DNA of 54,499 bases from a virus (Duplodnaviria > Caudoviricetes). Within the stretch, counting starts at the first letter, position 1. Every line of letters begins with the position of its first letter. Positions 38,801 to 47,575 of this stretch are shown one piece after another. The stretch covers positions 1-54,499 of IMG/VR virus record IMGVR_UViG_3300031951_000212. The stretch is one strand, 5' to 3'. Both the position numbers and the translations under genes were made by a program. The notes below the pieces were generated by a model that did not search any database, was not told the DNA's origin, and saw only the letters and a list, made by a program, of their open reading frames with translations.

Positions 38801-39750
38801 TCGTAAGGTATATATTCTGTAAAAAAGGAATCTGGTTGAAGTAATTTAACACCATTTCCATCTGGGTGTGTATCTTTATACTCTAAAGTTTTAAAAGTTG
38901 GATTTATTATTAATGGTATGTCAGAGTTTACCCATCTTGGATTTGAGTGTTCTCTTATGCCGTTTTCTGTTATTCTTAAGTTGTCTGGTGTTCTCCACAA
39001 AACAATGTATGGAACAATTGCTTGAGCTAAACTGTTACTTAAGTTTGGTAAACCTTCGTTTATATTTTTAAAATCTTTTGATATACTAATTGCACTTGTT
39101 TGCAATGTTGCTATGATTGTTGTATATGGTTGATTATTAAAAGCCAAATCAAAATTATAAAAATCATCAACAAAATAAAATTCAGCTGTTCCAGTTACAC
39201 CAGCAACTAATCCATTCTCATCAAGTTTTCCATCTTCATTTGCTTTTATTATCGTGTCTGTTGTTTTTATATGTGATATTTGATTTCCATCTTTATCTAA
39301 AAACCTCCATTGTGGTCTTAAAAAAGTCCATTTATTATTAGGGTCTTGTGGTGAATATGATCTAGAATAATTTGCATATAAATCAATAACGTGTGGCTCT
39401 GTACTAGATGATGTTATGTTTACTTTAAATGGATATCTGTTTAAATGGCCAGCAAATGTTGGTGGTGGAACGAAATCAAAATAGACGGAATCATTTAAAA
39501 ATAAATCTACATTTATTTTTTTTTGAAAAAGATCAAATGCACTGCCATTATAGTAAGCATTCAATATTACGTTATAAGAACTTGGGTTTAAATATATGTG
39601 AGATGGTGTTTTTTCTCTACTTCTAACGCCATCACCAAAATCCCATAAAAATTTTGTATATGCTTTTTGATTTAATACACCAGCATCAAAATTAAATCTT
39701 GTTATGTTGACATAACCATCTGTTTTTGAAACTGAAAATTCCGTTGCCAT
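35833..39750 (-). CDS. Large baseplate-associated protein with PKD domain, beta-propeller and head-spike/CBM-like domain (possible gp7 positional analogue)
   Basis: FLWDFGDG..S.EKTPSHIY (PKD); NVLNWSQNF...APD...GWYRC...WGAQVELG.TPTEYIKT; lies directly downstream of gp6. Confidence 0.7.
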   Translation of the reverse strand: MATEFSVSKTDGYVNITRFNFDAGVLNQKAYTKFLWDFGDGVRSREKTPSHIYLNPSSYNVILNAYYNGSAFDLFQKKINVDLFLNDSVYFDFVPPPTFAGHLNRYPFKVNITSSSTEPHVIDLYANYSRSYSPQDPNNKWTFLRPQWRFLDKDGNQISHIKTTDTIIKANEDGKLDENGLVAGVTGTAEFYFVDDFYNFDLAFNNQPYTTIIATLQTSAISISKDFKNINEGLPNLSNSLAQAIVPYIVLWRTPDNLRITENGIREHSNPRWVNSDIPLIINPTFKTLEYKDTHPDGNGVKLLQPDSFFTEYIPYDNTASVPLSVGFINLSSNISPKPFEFKYIDDTTYKVAGYYKGFFNVSNSALNQSLTASAIFKLPNLSANQFNPTIWIPNGSSGLLNTVQYIKNPHTASLYFNNKTINNQDKAVIKSFEMPLLTKPDFNTDATAITGIHGIECIAAMNLPNYHAWCIDSDLDKMYRVSTNGNILCSIDFKKLLNVKFASPAYCALDGDQNIWVTLHDTTSTLKFDSSGNLLFAVEPLTHTYPSTALLEQSQYDVPFEWVYDSTYYKVTSDSITYFQNFINPTGVDTDTKNNAWITFSNPFSSYVSKVSSNGIVLSSIYFPLCTSPQEILCDKNDNVWIALSNNVYRNSNFLQKRNTNGVVLSTFGPFNGLNYLTIDVNQNPWFTFSYQYIGCIENDTFKSYKIPLNDIYSNIPNWVDTKNYLYKNSYENVLNWSQNFENSYWTKQNVIVVKNAEIAPDYTNTGSYIVENNNNLSEYNLTSNSFYISGNQVASIYLKPENRAHAQLSLSGNNGIYASTVFDLTAKTYSIKNGSAGLVEADEGWYRCYISGNTTNNSNFIISLHDGISSTYYGTSSFELTGVKSVGLNAWGAQVELGITPTEYIKTSGTKVASEPIYIDVLGNIEDTALKGIAFDGKSNIFVINSLENKIVIFDINKKTIIDNFYVNPKGFNFYPSTQENILDIDYFLGILLNKSAPTLMEYHPWISEMKVTGDWTGWRWNNKYFQTNTYTKQITGESRKLDFYEKNPFIFFKINENHDLAEQIKSVSFIPSLRESSNLFNNFLTSIFGKESQDDLGVMSYEKISNFLRNQKDIDVCTINSLYDLAESIDLNTDDYRLNYPLLIKRLMDLASINKTKLWGTFDKTTNSFIDYETTGNLNRGNLLNSNTYVVSAGTPVVLKIKSLNKYNLINTGVINSLSTYNISVLADFIKLESDWKNYYEFFEFVPSTPNSQLEGIIDWNNSNTSLNYNVSSNKIWSGDEGMLETLFNYELYRGLNLLDND

Positions 39751-39760
39751 ATTTTATGTA

Positions 39761-41566
39761 TTAAAAATCTGAAATTTTAATAGAACCTGTTGTTTCTATT
39801 ATTTTTATTTTAGATGAAACGTTTTCAATATTGTTAAAAATTGGATATTTAAAACTTTCAAGTTGAATATTTTGAGTATATACTTCTGAATCAGCTAATG
39901 GATAATAATAGTTCCAAACTAATAAAGAAACACCTTCAATGTATGAATCTGTATCAGATCTATAGGTTTGAACTTTCTTAACGCCATCTATATTCAATAT
40001 GCTAGTAGATAATTGATATATATCAATTAACTGACCAAGTTTATTTTCTTGTCTTTTAAATGTGTTTTTTAACAACATTTGAATATCAGATAAAATTGCA
40101 GAATTTGATCTTCTGCTGTTTGCCTCTTTTGTTATTGCTAAATAAGAAGAATCCAGATCGTTTGGTGATGCATCAGAACCAACCTTTTCTACATAAAAAT
40201 CTAAATACATATAAACAGGATCCATTGGAACTATTTGTGATGTCAGTGTTTTGCTTTGCTGAAGACCACTTATTATAAGTTCTTTCTGTGCTGGTGCTAT
40301 GTATTTTTGTGATTCACTTTTTGGAACCATGTAAACATATAAATTGTTAAAATTACAACTATTTGCAAATTTTATTTGATTTAACAAAATTTGATTATCG
40401 TCCTGTGGTTTATTTAAACCTATGTTGTAAAGATATCTTATATGACTTCTTAAGTAATCATCGTTGTTAACAACTCTAACATCTGTTAATAAATTTGAAT
40501 AATTTGTTTTTATAAAAGTCTCATAATCATTAGACGTTACAAGTCTGTATTGTGATCTGAAATTTTTAGCTGCGTTTTTTCTTATATCAGATACATTTTC
40601 TTCATCAGAATAATACGTAGAAGGATAATCGTTTTGTGTCTGTACGTATTGTAAATTGTTTGGTGATAAAATTTCTCCAAATGTGTTTAAAGAAATATCG
40701 GTATATATTTCTTTAAATCTTAAAGAATTGTATGTTACAATTTTTGATAAATTTATTGCACCGGGTCCTATATTTGAAACGTCTTTATCTATGTTCAAAT
40801 AGTAAATCGCAACCTGATCACCTTCTTTTAGTTTTTTACCGTTTATATCGTCTCCAAACTTAATTTCATATCTTTTGTTTTCATTAAAACGAATTTGGTA
40901 TATGTTATCATTTGGTCCATATAAAAATGTTTCTGGAACTCTATCCCATTCTTCCCAAGTATTTCTATCTTTTTGTTTAACAAAAATAAAAATATTAAAA
41001 TGGTCTACATAAACAGAATCGTTTAATGCCAAATAGACTATTTCGTTTTCAATTCCTAATGCAGTATGTGTTGGATACTCTTGGAACAATCCTTGATATA
41101 AAAGATATCTATTTGATACATCACTTATTACGGCTTCTCCGTCGGTTGGTTTATAAAACTTTATATCAGTATTAAAAGAATAATATGTTCCACCAACAGA
41201 AATATAACTAAATCGAGGTATTACATAATTTTTAATTGGTAAATTTTGACTTGTATTCAAAACAAATGGAACGTTTTGTCCTAGTCTTCCAATTGGATTA
41301 TAATTTAAAATTTTTACCAACCTATTCATGTTCTCATATATCTGAGTTTCTGAATACATTGATTCTGATGAAGTCTTATTCAAGTAATATAGTAGTGTGC
41401 TGAAAGAAAAACTAATAACATCTATCAATGCAGAAAGATTTGAACCTTGATAGTTTTGATCAGTAAAAACTTCACCTTGGTTCAATCTACTAACAATTAA
41501 GTCTCTTATGCTAGTAGCATCAAAACTAACGTATGAATTTTTATTTAATAAATTATCGGTTGCCAT
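39761..41566 (-). CDS. gp6: Baseplate wedge subunit gp6-like
   Basis: FTDQNYQGSNLSALID, YEIKFGDDINGKKL and IRKNAAK.F.SQYRLVT..DYE motifs. Confidence 0.9.
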   Translation of the reverse strand: MATDNLLNKNSYVSFDATSIRDLIVSRLNQGEVFTDQNYQGSNLSALIDVISFSFSTLLYYLNKTSSESMYSETQIYENMNRLVKILNYNPIGRLGQNVPFVLNTSQNLPIKNYVIPRFSYISVGGTYYSFNTDIKFYKPTDGEAVISDVSNRYLLYQGLFQEYPTHTALGIENEIVYLALNDSVYVDHFNIFIFVKQKDRNTWEEWDRVPETFLYGPNDNIYQIRFNENKRYEIKFGDDINGKKLKEGDQVAIYYLNIDKDVSNIGPGAINLSKIVTYNSLRFKEIYTDISLNTFGEILSPNNLQYVQTQNDYPSTYYSDEENVSDIRKNAAKNFRSQYRLVTSNDYETFIKTNYSNLLTDVRVVNNDDYLRSHIRYLYNIGLNKPQDDNQILLNQIKFANSCNFNNLYVYMVPKSESQKYIAPAQKELIISGLQQSKTLTSQIVPMDPVYMYLDFYVEKVGSDASPNDLDSSYLAITKEANSRRSNSAILSDIQMLLKNTFKRQENKLGQLIDIYQLSTSILNIDGVKKVQTYRSDTDSYIEGVSLLVWNYYYPLADSEVYTQNIQLESFKYPIFNNIENVSSKIKIIETTGSIKISDF

Positions 41567-41581
41567 TATATTATAATTACC

Positions 41582-42088
41582 TTATATTGAAATTTGTCCC
41601 CCATATTGAGCTAATATATTTAGAACACTTTCTTTTTTAAATTCTAAAAATCTATATGCAACGCTAATATTATATTGACTTTGATCTGGATTAGGTAAGA
41701 CCAAAATTTTTAGTACCTCTATTCTTGGTTCATATTTTTCTAATGATGTTAGTATGTCATCACCTATTGCTCTTGCATAAATTTCTGTTATTGGTTCAAA
41801 CAAATATTGTTCTAATGAAGAACCAAATTCAGGTGTCAAAAGTTTTTGTCCTTTTCTAGTTGAAAAAATGTTTCTAACCGAATTTCTTATAGCTTCCAAA
41901 TCATTATCCACTAATATATCATTTGTATCAGATGGTGTTTTTCCAACCCCAATACTTTTTGCCGTTATAATGTCTAAATGTAAATCAGTGTAAACAGTTT
42001 TTACAACTTCAACCTTTGTAGATGGTGTTGTGTATTGGTTGTTTACCTGTTTAGGTCTTACTAAATTGTTTAAATCTATTGTTGCCAC
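41582..42088 (-). CDS. gp25: Baseplate wedge/sheath-initiator gp25-like
   Basis: AIRNSVRNIF.T.KG..L..PEFGS.L..YLFEP...YEPRI; start revised to GTG 42088, 8 nt after TAAGTA. Confidence 0.9.
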   Translation of the reverse strand: MATIDLNNLVRPKQVNNQYTTPSTKVEVVKTVYTDLHLDIITAKSIGVGKTPSDTNDILVDNDLEAIRNSVRNIFSTRKGQKLLTPEFGSSLEQYLFEPITEIYARAIGDDILTSLEKYEPRIEVLKILVLPNPDQSQYNISVAYRFLEFKKESVLNILAQYGGQISI

Positions 42089-42169
42089 TCTGTAAATACT
42101 TATTTGAAAAATCAATTAATCGATTTATATGGTTTTTGATGCTTTCAAAAGTAAATATATTATAATACC

Positions 42170-42688
42170 ATGTCAAAGTTCAACAAATTCGATACACTAT
42201 TAGAGACTGCATTTTCACATTATTCAAATGGTGGTTTCAGAGAAGGTTCACCTGTTAAAGTTAAAAAACAATTTTTAACATCACCATATTGTCAAGAACA
42301 TTATGGTAGAGATACTAACTTTTTTAATTTCTTAAAAGATTTAATTGAACGTGATGTATTCTTTTTTATTAAACGTGTTGCTGGTGCAGGATCTGAGCAA
42401 AATGTAAAAGATGCTAATGCTAACGAAGGAACTGGTAAGGTTTATTTAATATTAAAAATGGACCCAAGAACTGTTTCTACTGCAACAGAAATGGCTGAAT
42501 TTGTTGTTCCTGGAAATTGGGATTATGTTGAAGTATTAAATTTTGGTCCAAATCTTCCACCAGTTCAAGGTGTTCCTAATAATTACGAACAACCAATTGG
42601 TACAAAACCAGAACCAGTTACTGTTAACATTAATATTGGTAATCAACCAACTGATAATTCTTTACCTACAAAAAATATATCAATTTAA
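42170..42688 (+). CDS. Hypothetical late protein (172 aa)
   Basis: Own TAAATA box; N-terminus MSKFNKFDTLLE. Confidence 0.75.
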   Translation: MSKFNKFDTLLETAFSHYSNGGFREGSPVKVKKQFLTSPYCQEHYGRDTNFFNFLKDLIERDVFFFIKRVAGAGSEQNVKDANANEGTGKVYLILKMDPRTVSTATEMAEFVVPGNWDYVEVLNFGPNLPPVQGVPNNYEQPIGTKPEPVTVNINIGNQPTDNSLPTKNISI

Positions 42689-42697
42689 AAGTAAATC

Positions 42698-43930
42698 TTA
42701 AATTCTATATCTTACAATAACAATACCGGAACCGCCGTTCCCACTTCCTCTGTTTATCCAATTGGTACTATTATTAGACCAATAAGATCCTGCTCCACCA
42801 CCGCCACCGGTACCGTCTATTGCATCAGGAGTTCCGCTACCCAAAGTTGATGCATTTATTTCTACAGGATAATTTAAATATGTATAAAATCTGGTTGTTC
42901 CAAACCCTCTTCCTCCACCATGCCATCCCATGCCCGCTTTTTCACTGCTGTTTGCACCACCACCGCCACCACCAGCATAGTATCTTAATGTACCAGATAT
43001 GGTAAATGGTGCTCCTCTTCCACCCGATGCTGGTGGATCATCAACATTTCCTCCTTGTGTATATGGGTCGCCACCACCTTGACCCCAAGTATTTCCCGCT
43101 GTACCAGCACCACCACCACCAGCGCCAGTATATCCACCAGCAATAACTCCACCGTCATTTCCAAATGCCTGTGCTCCAGACATCGCAGTTTGAATAGATC
43201 TTCCTGCTAAATTTTCATCCCACGCAGTACCACCACCAGATCCACCATCTCTGCCGTATCCAACGTCTGTTGCACCACCACCGCCACCACCAAGTGCTAT
43301 AAATGAACCAAAAAATGAATTTTGCCCATTGTTTCCACCTGATGATACTTGAAAAGCAAGTCCTAATCCACCATCTCCAACATATACTGGTATTGTTCCA
43401 ACATTAACATAATGATCTTTTTTATATAAAACACCGCCACCACCACCGCCGCCATTTGCATTTGTTGTATTTCTATTTCCACCAGATCCACCACCAGCAA
43501 CGACTAAAAATTCAACAACACCAGATCTTGTTACAACAAATGATGATCCTCCAAGAGTAGTATATGTGTGTGTTCTATATGTAAACCCATCAGCCGGATC
43601 TACTATTGTTGCTACTGTCCCGCCGGTTGCAGACGCTGGTCTTTTTTCGTTCATCTGTAACCATAAACCAGATAAAGAATCATACCATTCAAAAAATCCA
43701 AAATCGGTATTGAACCTAACTGAACCATTAGCCGGTGATGCTGGTCTTTGAGCAGTTGTTCCTGCTGGTAGTCCCATATATCCAGTACTAGAGTTAATTT
43801 TATCCGAATAAATATTCGGTGAAAATAAAGTAGGTGTTAAATGTCTACTTTCAATAGCATTATCTGCAATATTAGCAGCTGCAATAGTATTTGTTGCCAA
43901 TGATTTTGATGTGATTTTTGTCTGTGCCAT
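42698..43930 (-). CDS. Glycine-rich fibre/adhesin-like virion protein
   Basis: LPAGTTAQRP...G.VRFNT anchor; VEFLVVAGGGSGG...GGGGGGGV...GGSGIVIVRY Gly-rich domain. Confidence 0.85.
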   Translation of the reverse strand: MAQTKITSKSLATNTIAAANIADNAIESRHLTPTLFSPNIYSDKINSSTGYMGLPAGTTAQRPASPANGSVRFNTDFGFFEWYDSLSGLWLQMNEKRPASATGGTVATIVDPADGFTYRTHTYTTLGGSSFVVTRSGVVEFLVVAGGGSGGNRNTTNANGGGGGGGVLYKKDHYVNVGTIPVYVGDGGLGLAFQVSSGGNNGQNSFFGSFIALGGGGGGATDVGYGRDGGSGGGTAWDENLAGRSIQTAMSGAQAFGNDGGVIAGGYTGAGGGGAGTAGNTWGQGGGDPYTQGGNVDDPPASGGRGAPFTISGTLRYYAGGGGGGANSSEKAGMGWHGGGRGFGTTRFYTYLNYPVEINASTLGSGTPDAIDGTGGGGGAGSYWSNNSTNWINRGSGNGGSGIVIVRYRI

Positions 43931-43940
43931 TTTATATTAT

Positions 43941-44366
43941 TTATTCTTCCAATAAGATATTGGGCCATGTTGATTTGATTTCTTCCAAATTATCTGGTAA
44001 AAAAGTATTTGGTAAATCTCTTAATTCTTGTTTTTTAGTTGAAATTATTTTTTGTAATTCGGTGTCTCCTTTTTCCAAGGCTAACATGAATTGAAGATCT
44101 AGCTTTTCAAAACGTTTTTTTCTTGCTTCTCTCCATTTGTTTTTTTGAACTTCTTTTGCTTTTTCTAAATTTAATTTAACACCAACGTCTTTATCAAATT
44201 CATATCCTTCTGGATAAAAATAGTTATCATAAAAAACATTATCAACAACAACGTATTCAAGACCATCATCTGTTACTTTTTCCAAAGTTTCCTCTACAGT
44301 AAAACCTTCTAATGGAAATGTTATTGATGGATGTCCTGTTAATTCTTTTTTTACTATTACTTTCAT
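43941..44366 (-). CDS. Tail fibre assembly chaperone-like protein
   Basis: EKAKE...WREAR...LD..FM.ALE.GD...KQELRDLP motif; sits between two fibre genes. Confidence 0.65.
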   Translation of the reverse strand: MKVIVKKELTGHPSITFPLEGFTVEETLEKVTDDGLEYVVVDNVFYDNYFYPEGYEFDKDVGVKLNLEKAKEVQKNKWREARKKRFEKLDLQFMLALEKGDTELQKIISTKKQELRDLPNTFLPDNLEEIKSTWPNILLEE

Positions 44367-44367
44367 A

Positions 44368-45804
44368 TTATCTAAAAAATGCTAAATATATTCCAACAGA
44401 ATCGTCATAACTATTGGCCCATGTACCAAGATAAATTCTAGATGTTGTTCTATTTCCAAGTCTATTGTCTTCTTGAACATTCCAAGCAGTATAATTAGTT
44501 TCATTATATTGAATACCGCCAAGTTGTACATAATATAAATCTTCAAATGGAGTATCAAAATATACTACATATCTTCCAGCTGCTGTTCTAGTTATATTTG
44601 ATATATTATAAGATGATCTTATACCATCTGATGAATAACTCCAACCAGCAACTGTTCCAGTTCCAACTAAATTTACAGTGGATGTTGCATTTTGTGTATA
44701 CTGAATTCTTGCTTGTGTTCCACTTATTATTTCTATTACTTCAGCTTGTACTCCTTTATTAGCAACCGCAGGTATTCCACCTAGTGAATTATATGCATTT
44801 GCAACATTAATATAAAAAGTAAGACCAAGTTGAAAATTTTGACTCCAACCAGAACCTGTAAATATTCCGGTACTTTGACCGGCTTGTGTTGTTATGCTAT
44901 ATGTGGTTCCTGCTACCGAATTACCTATCCATGCTCCGTTGAAATTAACCCATGCTTTACAAGTCGTAACACTTCCGCGAATGTCATTACCCCTCATGTC
45001 TAATGGAACGCTCATATCAAAGGAAGATGTGTCACTTCTTTGCATGATATTCCAAATTGGTCTACCACCACCAGTTGAATTGGTTCCATATAAAACAAGA
45101 TTATTATCAGTTTGACATGCTAATCTTGGATTTGTTCCACTTCCATCTGTGAATCTTAACGCTGTGTTATTACTACCAAGTCTTATGCTGCCTCTTACGT
45201 CTAGTTTATCTAGTGGTGTACCACCACCAATGCAAGCATTTCCAGCAGAATCTATTTTAACCGTGTTTGTAGCAGCACCAATTGGTCCATTCCATATATT
45301 AAATGAATTATCAGTTGCTTCTTTTGTGACATGGAATCCAGTTGAATTATTAGCTCCAAGCTGTATTGCAGCATAATTTGAATAATTCAAATGTAAGTTT
45401 GTTGCTGGTGAAGAATGTCCTAATGCTACGTTACTACTGGTATTCCAAACTGGAGCACCTGTGCTTAATTTATCGGGAGTAACGGATCCTGCTCCAAGTT
45501 TTGCATTTGTAACTCCACCATCATTTGGAACTACTGAATTTATAACATATGGTGAATTATTATAAATTACAACAACCTTTGCTCCACTGTCAGGAGCAGA
45601 TGTAAATGTAATCGTATTATTGTTTACTGTATAATCTACAACTGGTTCTTGTACTGCACCATCCAAAGTAACGATTAGTTCATTTGCATTTGTTAGTCCC
45701 GTTGAACCAGCTATTGTAAAAGAAACAGTAGAACCATTTCCGGTTAAAACGGTTTTCGTTGGAGTTATTGGAAAATTATCTGCTACAATTCTTGCTAATG
45801 ACAT
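44368..45804 (-). CDS. Tail fibre protein
   Basis: GNGSTVSF...VTLDGAVQEP..DYT...ITFTSAP N-domain; KAWVNFNG...IRSSYNISNIT...G.Y.V.F tip domain. Confidence 0.8.
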   Translation of the reverse strand: MSLARIVADNFPITPTKTVLTGNGSTVSFTIAGSTGLTNANELIVTLDGAVQEPVVDYTVNNNTITFTSAPDSGAKVVVIYNNSPYVINSVVPNDGGVTNAKLGAGSVTPDKLSTGAPVWNTSSNVALGHSSPATNLHLNYSNYAAIQLGANNSTGFHVTKEATDNSFNIWNGPIGAATNTVKIDSAGNACIGGGTPLDKLDVRGSIRLGSNNTALRFTDGSGTNPRLACQTDNNLVLYGTNSTGGGRPIWNIMQRSDTSSFDMSVPLDMRGNDIRGSVTTCKAWVNFNGAWIGNSVAGTTYSITTQAGQSTGIFTGSGWSQNFQLGLTFYINVANAYNSLGGIPAVANKGVQAEVIEIISGTQARIQYTQNATSTVNLVGTGTVAGWSYSSDGIRSSYNISNITRTAAGRYVVYFDTPFEDLYYVQLGGIQYNETNYTAWNVQEDNRLGNRTTSRIYLGTWANSYDDSVGIYLAFFR

Positions 45805-45833
45805 TTCATATATTTACCAAATATATATTAATT

Positions 45834-46760
45834 TCAAAAGTATTTTTTAATGTTCAAAATACAGCAAAAGAAGTTTATTTCGTGATCAAGAACAAAATTG
45901 TCTCTATAAATGTGTTCTCCGAGATCAAGCATTATTGTTTTTTTCTTTTCTTCAGAAAGATTTGAATCGTATATAATTTCAAATAATTCTCTTAAAAGGT
46001 TCTGGTAATTAGATCCAAAGTTTTTTTCCTCGGAAATAACAACTTTTCTTATTTCTAATGGACTTATATTTGAACAAAGGGAAGAAAAAATATTATCTGC
46101 CAAGTTTTTAACTTGGTTTGTTTCTTTTATTGTTAAAACTCCACTAACAGAAAATTTTTGTAAATCATTGATAATTCTTCGTATATCTGGAAAGTTATTG
46201 GTTATGTATTCTACCAATCTTTGCTTTTGGTCTTCCTCTACTTTAATATTTTCCGACTTTAATACAAAACAGCACCTTTTGATACAATCATCCAAAGTTG
46301 GAATTATGTTAAAAAGTAAACATCTGGAATGTAATGGTTCAATTATCTTCTTAAAATAGTTTGCAGTTAGAATAAAACGAGTGGTGGATGCATATTCCTC
46401 CATTACGTTTCTCAGTATTCTTTGACTTTCACCAGATAACCCATCTGCCTCATCCAATATAATAACCTTCTTCTTTCCATCCAAAGAACGAGTCTGAGAA
46501 AAAGATATTACCTTGTTTCTAATAGTATCTACACCGTTTTCATCCGATGCATTTATATAAAGATATTGACACTTTAATATGTCATTTACTATAATCTTGG
46601 CAAGCGATGTCTTTCCACCGCCAGCATTTCCATAAAACAACAAATGTGGGGTGTCATCATTTATTGATGAAAAGAACTCTCTATTGTCCGAAGACAATAC
46701 TAGTTCATTTAAATTTTTAGGGGCATATTTCTGAACCCACAAATCTTGATATCTGTTCAT
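45834..46760 (-). CDS. gp44: Sliding-clamp loader AAA+ subunit (T4 gp44/RFC-like)
   Basis: LWVQKYAP, Walker A GNAGGGKT, INASDENGVD, Walker B IILDEAD, SRC motif. Confidence 0.92.
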   Translation of the reverse strand: MNRYQDLWVQKYAPKNLNELVLSSDNREFFSSINDDTPHLLFYGNAGGGKTSLAKIIVNDILKCQYLYINASDENGVDTIRNKVISFSQTRSLDGKKKVIILDEADGLSGESQRILRNVMEEYASTTRFILTANYFKKIIEPLHSRCLLFNIIPTLDDCIKRCCFVLKSENIKVEEDQKQRLVEYITNNFPDIRRIINDLQKFSVSGVLTIKETNQVKNLADNIFSSLCSNISPLEIRKVVISEEKNFGSNYQNLLRELFEIIYDSNLSEEKKKTIMLDLGEHIYRDNFVLDHEINFFCCILNIKKYF

Positions 46761-46805
46761 CCTTTATTTAAAAGGATAACTCAAACTTTTTTTAAATCAA
46801 GAGAA

Positions 46806-46976
46806 TTAACCTTTCAGAAGTTCTTTTCCAGAAAATGAATTGTTAATTTCTCCCAATGTGTCATTTGGGTTTGGTGTTTTAACACCTTGATTCATTGAAA
46901 GCCAACTGATAAGCTCTTGAACTTTCTCATTATCAATATAAAATGTACCTACTCCTTGAATTGTTACTTGATTCAT
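46806..46976 (-). CDS. Small hypothetical late protein (56 aa)
   Basis: Below ORF-track cutoff: MNQVTIQGVGTFYIDNEKVQELISWL...KELLKG*; perfect TATAAATA 5 nt upstream. Confidence 0.7.
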   Translation of the reverse strand: MNQVTIQGVGTFYIDNEKVQELISWLSMNQGVKTPNPNDTLGEINNSFSGKELLKG

Positions 46977-46981
46977 GTTAC

Positions 46982-46996
46982 TATTTATACTAAATA
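46982..46996. promoter_or_regulatory. Back-to-back T4-type late promoters
   Basis: TATAAATA on minus (46982-46989) and TAAATA on plus (46991-46996). Confidence 0.65.
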
Positions 46997-47014
46997 TTCA
47001 AAACATCAATAATT

Positions 47015-47491
47015 ATGAGTGACGAAATCGATTCAATTATACAAGAACTTAAAGCAGATGAAATTGCACCAACGTTTTTAACAAGAAAGAAAGAACCAGA
47101 ATCTGAAAAACTCACAGATGAAAACGTAGGCGAATACGTATACAAAAAATCATCCGAATTAGTAGATTCTACTTTAAGTGCAGTACAGTCTTTGAAAGAC
47201 ACTGTATTAACAGGAAGCGATCCAAAAGAAATAGCTGCTCTATCTACTTTGATAAATGCTGCAACAAAAGCACTTGATCAACTTAATAAAATTAATCTTC
47301 AAAATAAACAAACTAAGAGCAATGAGGAAATGAAGAAACTTGAAATAGCAGCAAATAGCAAAAAACCAGTTCTTCCTAATACCACGAATGTTCTTATTGC
47401 AACAAGAGACGAAATAATGAATCAGTTGTTTGATAAACCAAGTAGAAGAGAAAAACTTCAATTGACAGATTCAGAAATTATTGAGCAATAA
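47015..47491 (+). CDS. Probable terminase small subunit (gp16-like)
   Basis: Helical DPKEIAALSTLI...LDQLNKI core and C-terminal TTNVLIATRDEIM.QL resemble T4-like small terminases. Confidence 0.55.
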   Translation: MSDEIDSIIQELKADEIAPTFLTRKKEPESEKLTDENVGEYVYKKSSELVDSTLSAVQSLKDTVLTGSDPKEIAALSTLINAATKALDQLNKINLQNKQTKSNEEMKKLEIAANSKKPVLPNTTNVLIATRDEIMNQLFDKPSRREKLQLTDSEIIEQ

Positions 47492-47515
47492 TTTTTTTTA
47501 TTTATTTTTAAAAAG

Positions 47516-47551
47516 AGAAAACCCACTAGCATTTCTACTAGTGGGTTTTCT
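47516..47551. terminator. Bidirectional intrinsic terminator between converging gp16-like gene and gp23
   Basis: 14-bp stem agaaaacccactag/ctagtgggttttct with 8-nt loop and A/T tracts on both sides. Confidence 0.85.
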
Positions 47552-47575
47552 TTGATTGTACTACGAATTACACTA

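Noticed and set aside
9498-45804. Diversity-generating retroelement or invertible fibre cassette
   Set aside because: No reverse transcriptase or invertase, and no TR/VR pair or flanking inverted repeats were noticed; a computed self-alignment would be needed to exclude it fully.
24289-46760. Eukaryotic or giant-virus origin suggested by RCC1, vWA and RFC-like genes
   Set aside because: gp23, gp21, gp22, gp13, gp6, gp25 and bacterial-type promoters identify a T4-like bacteriophage.
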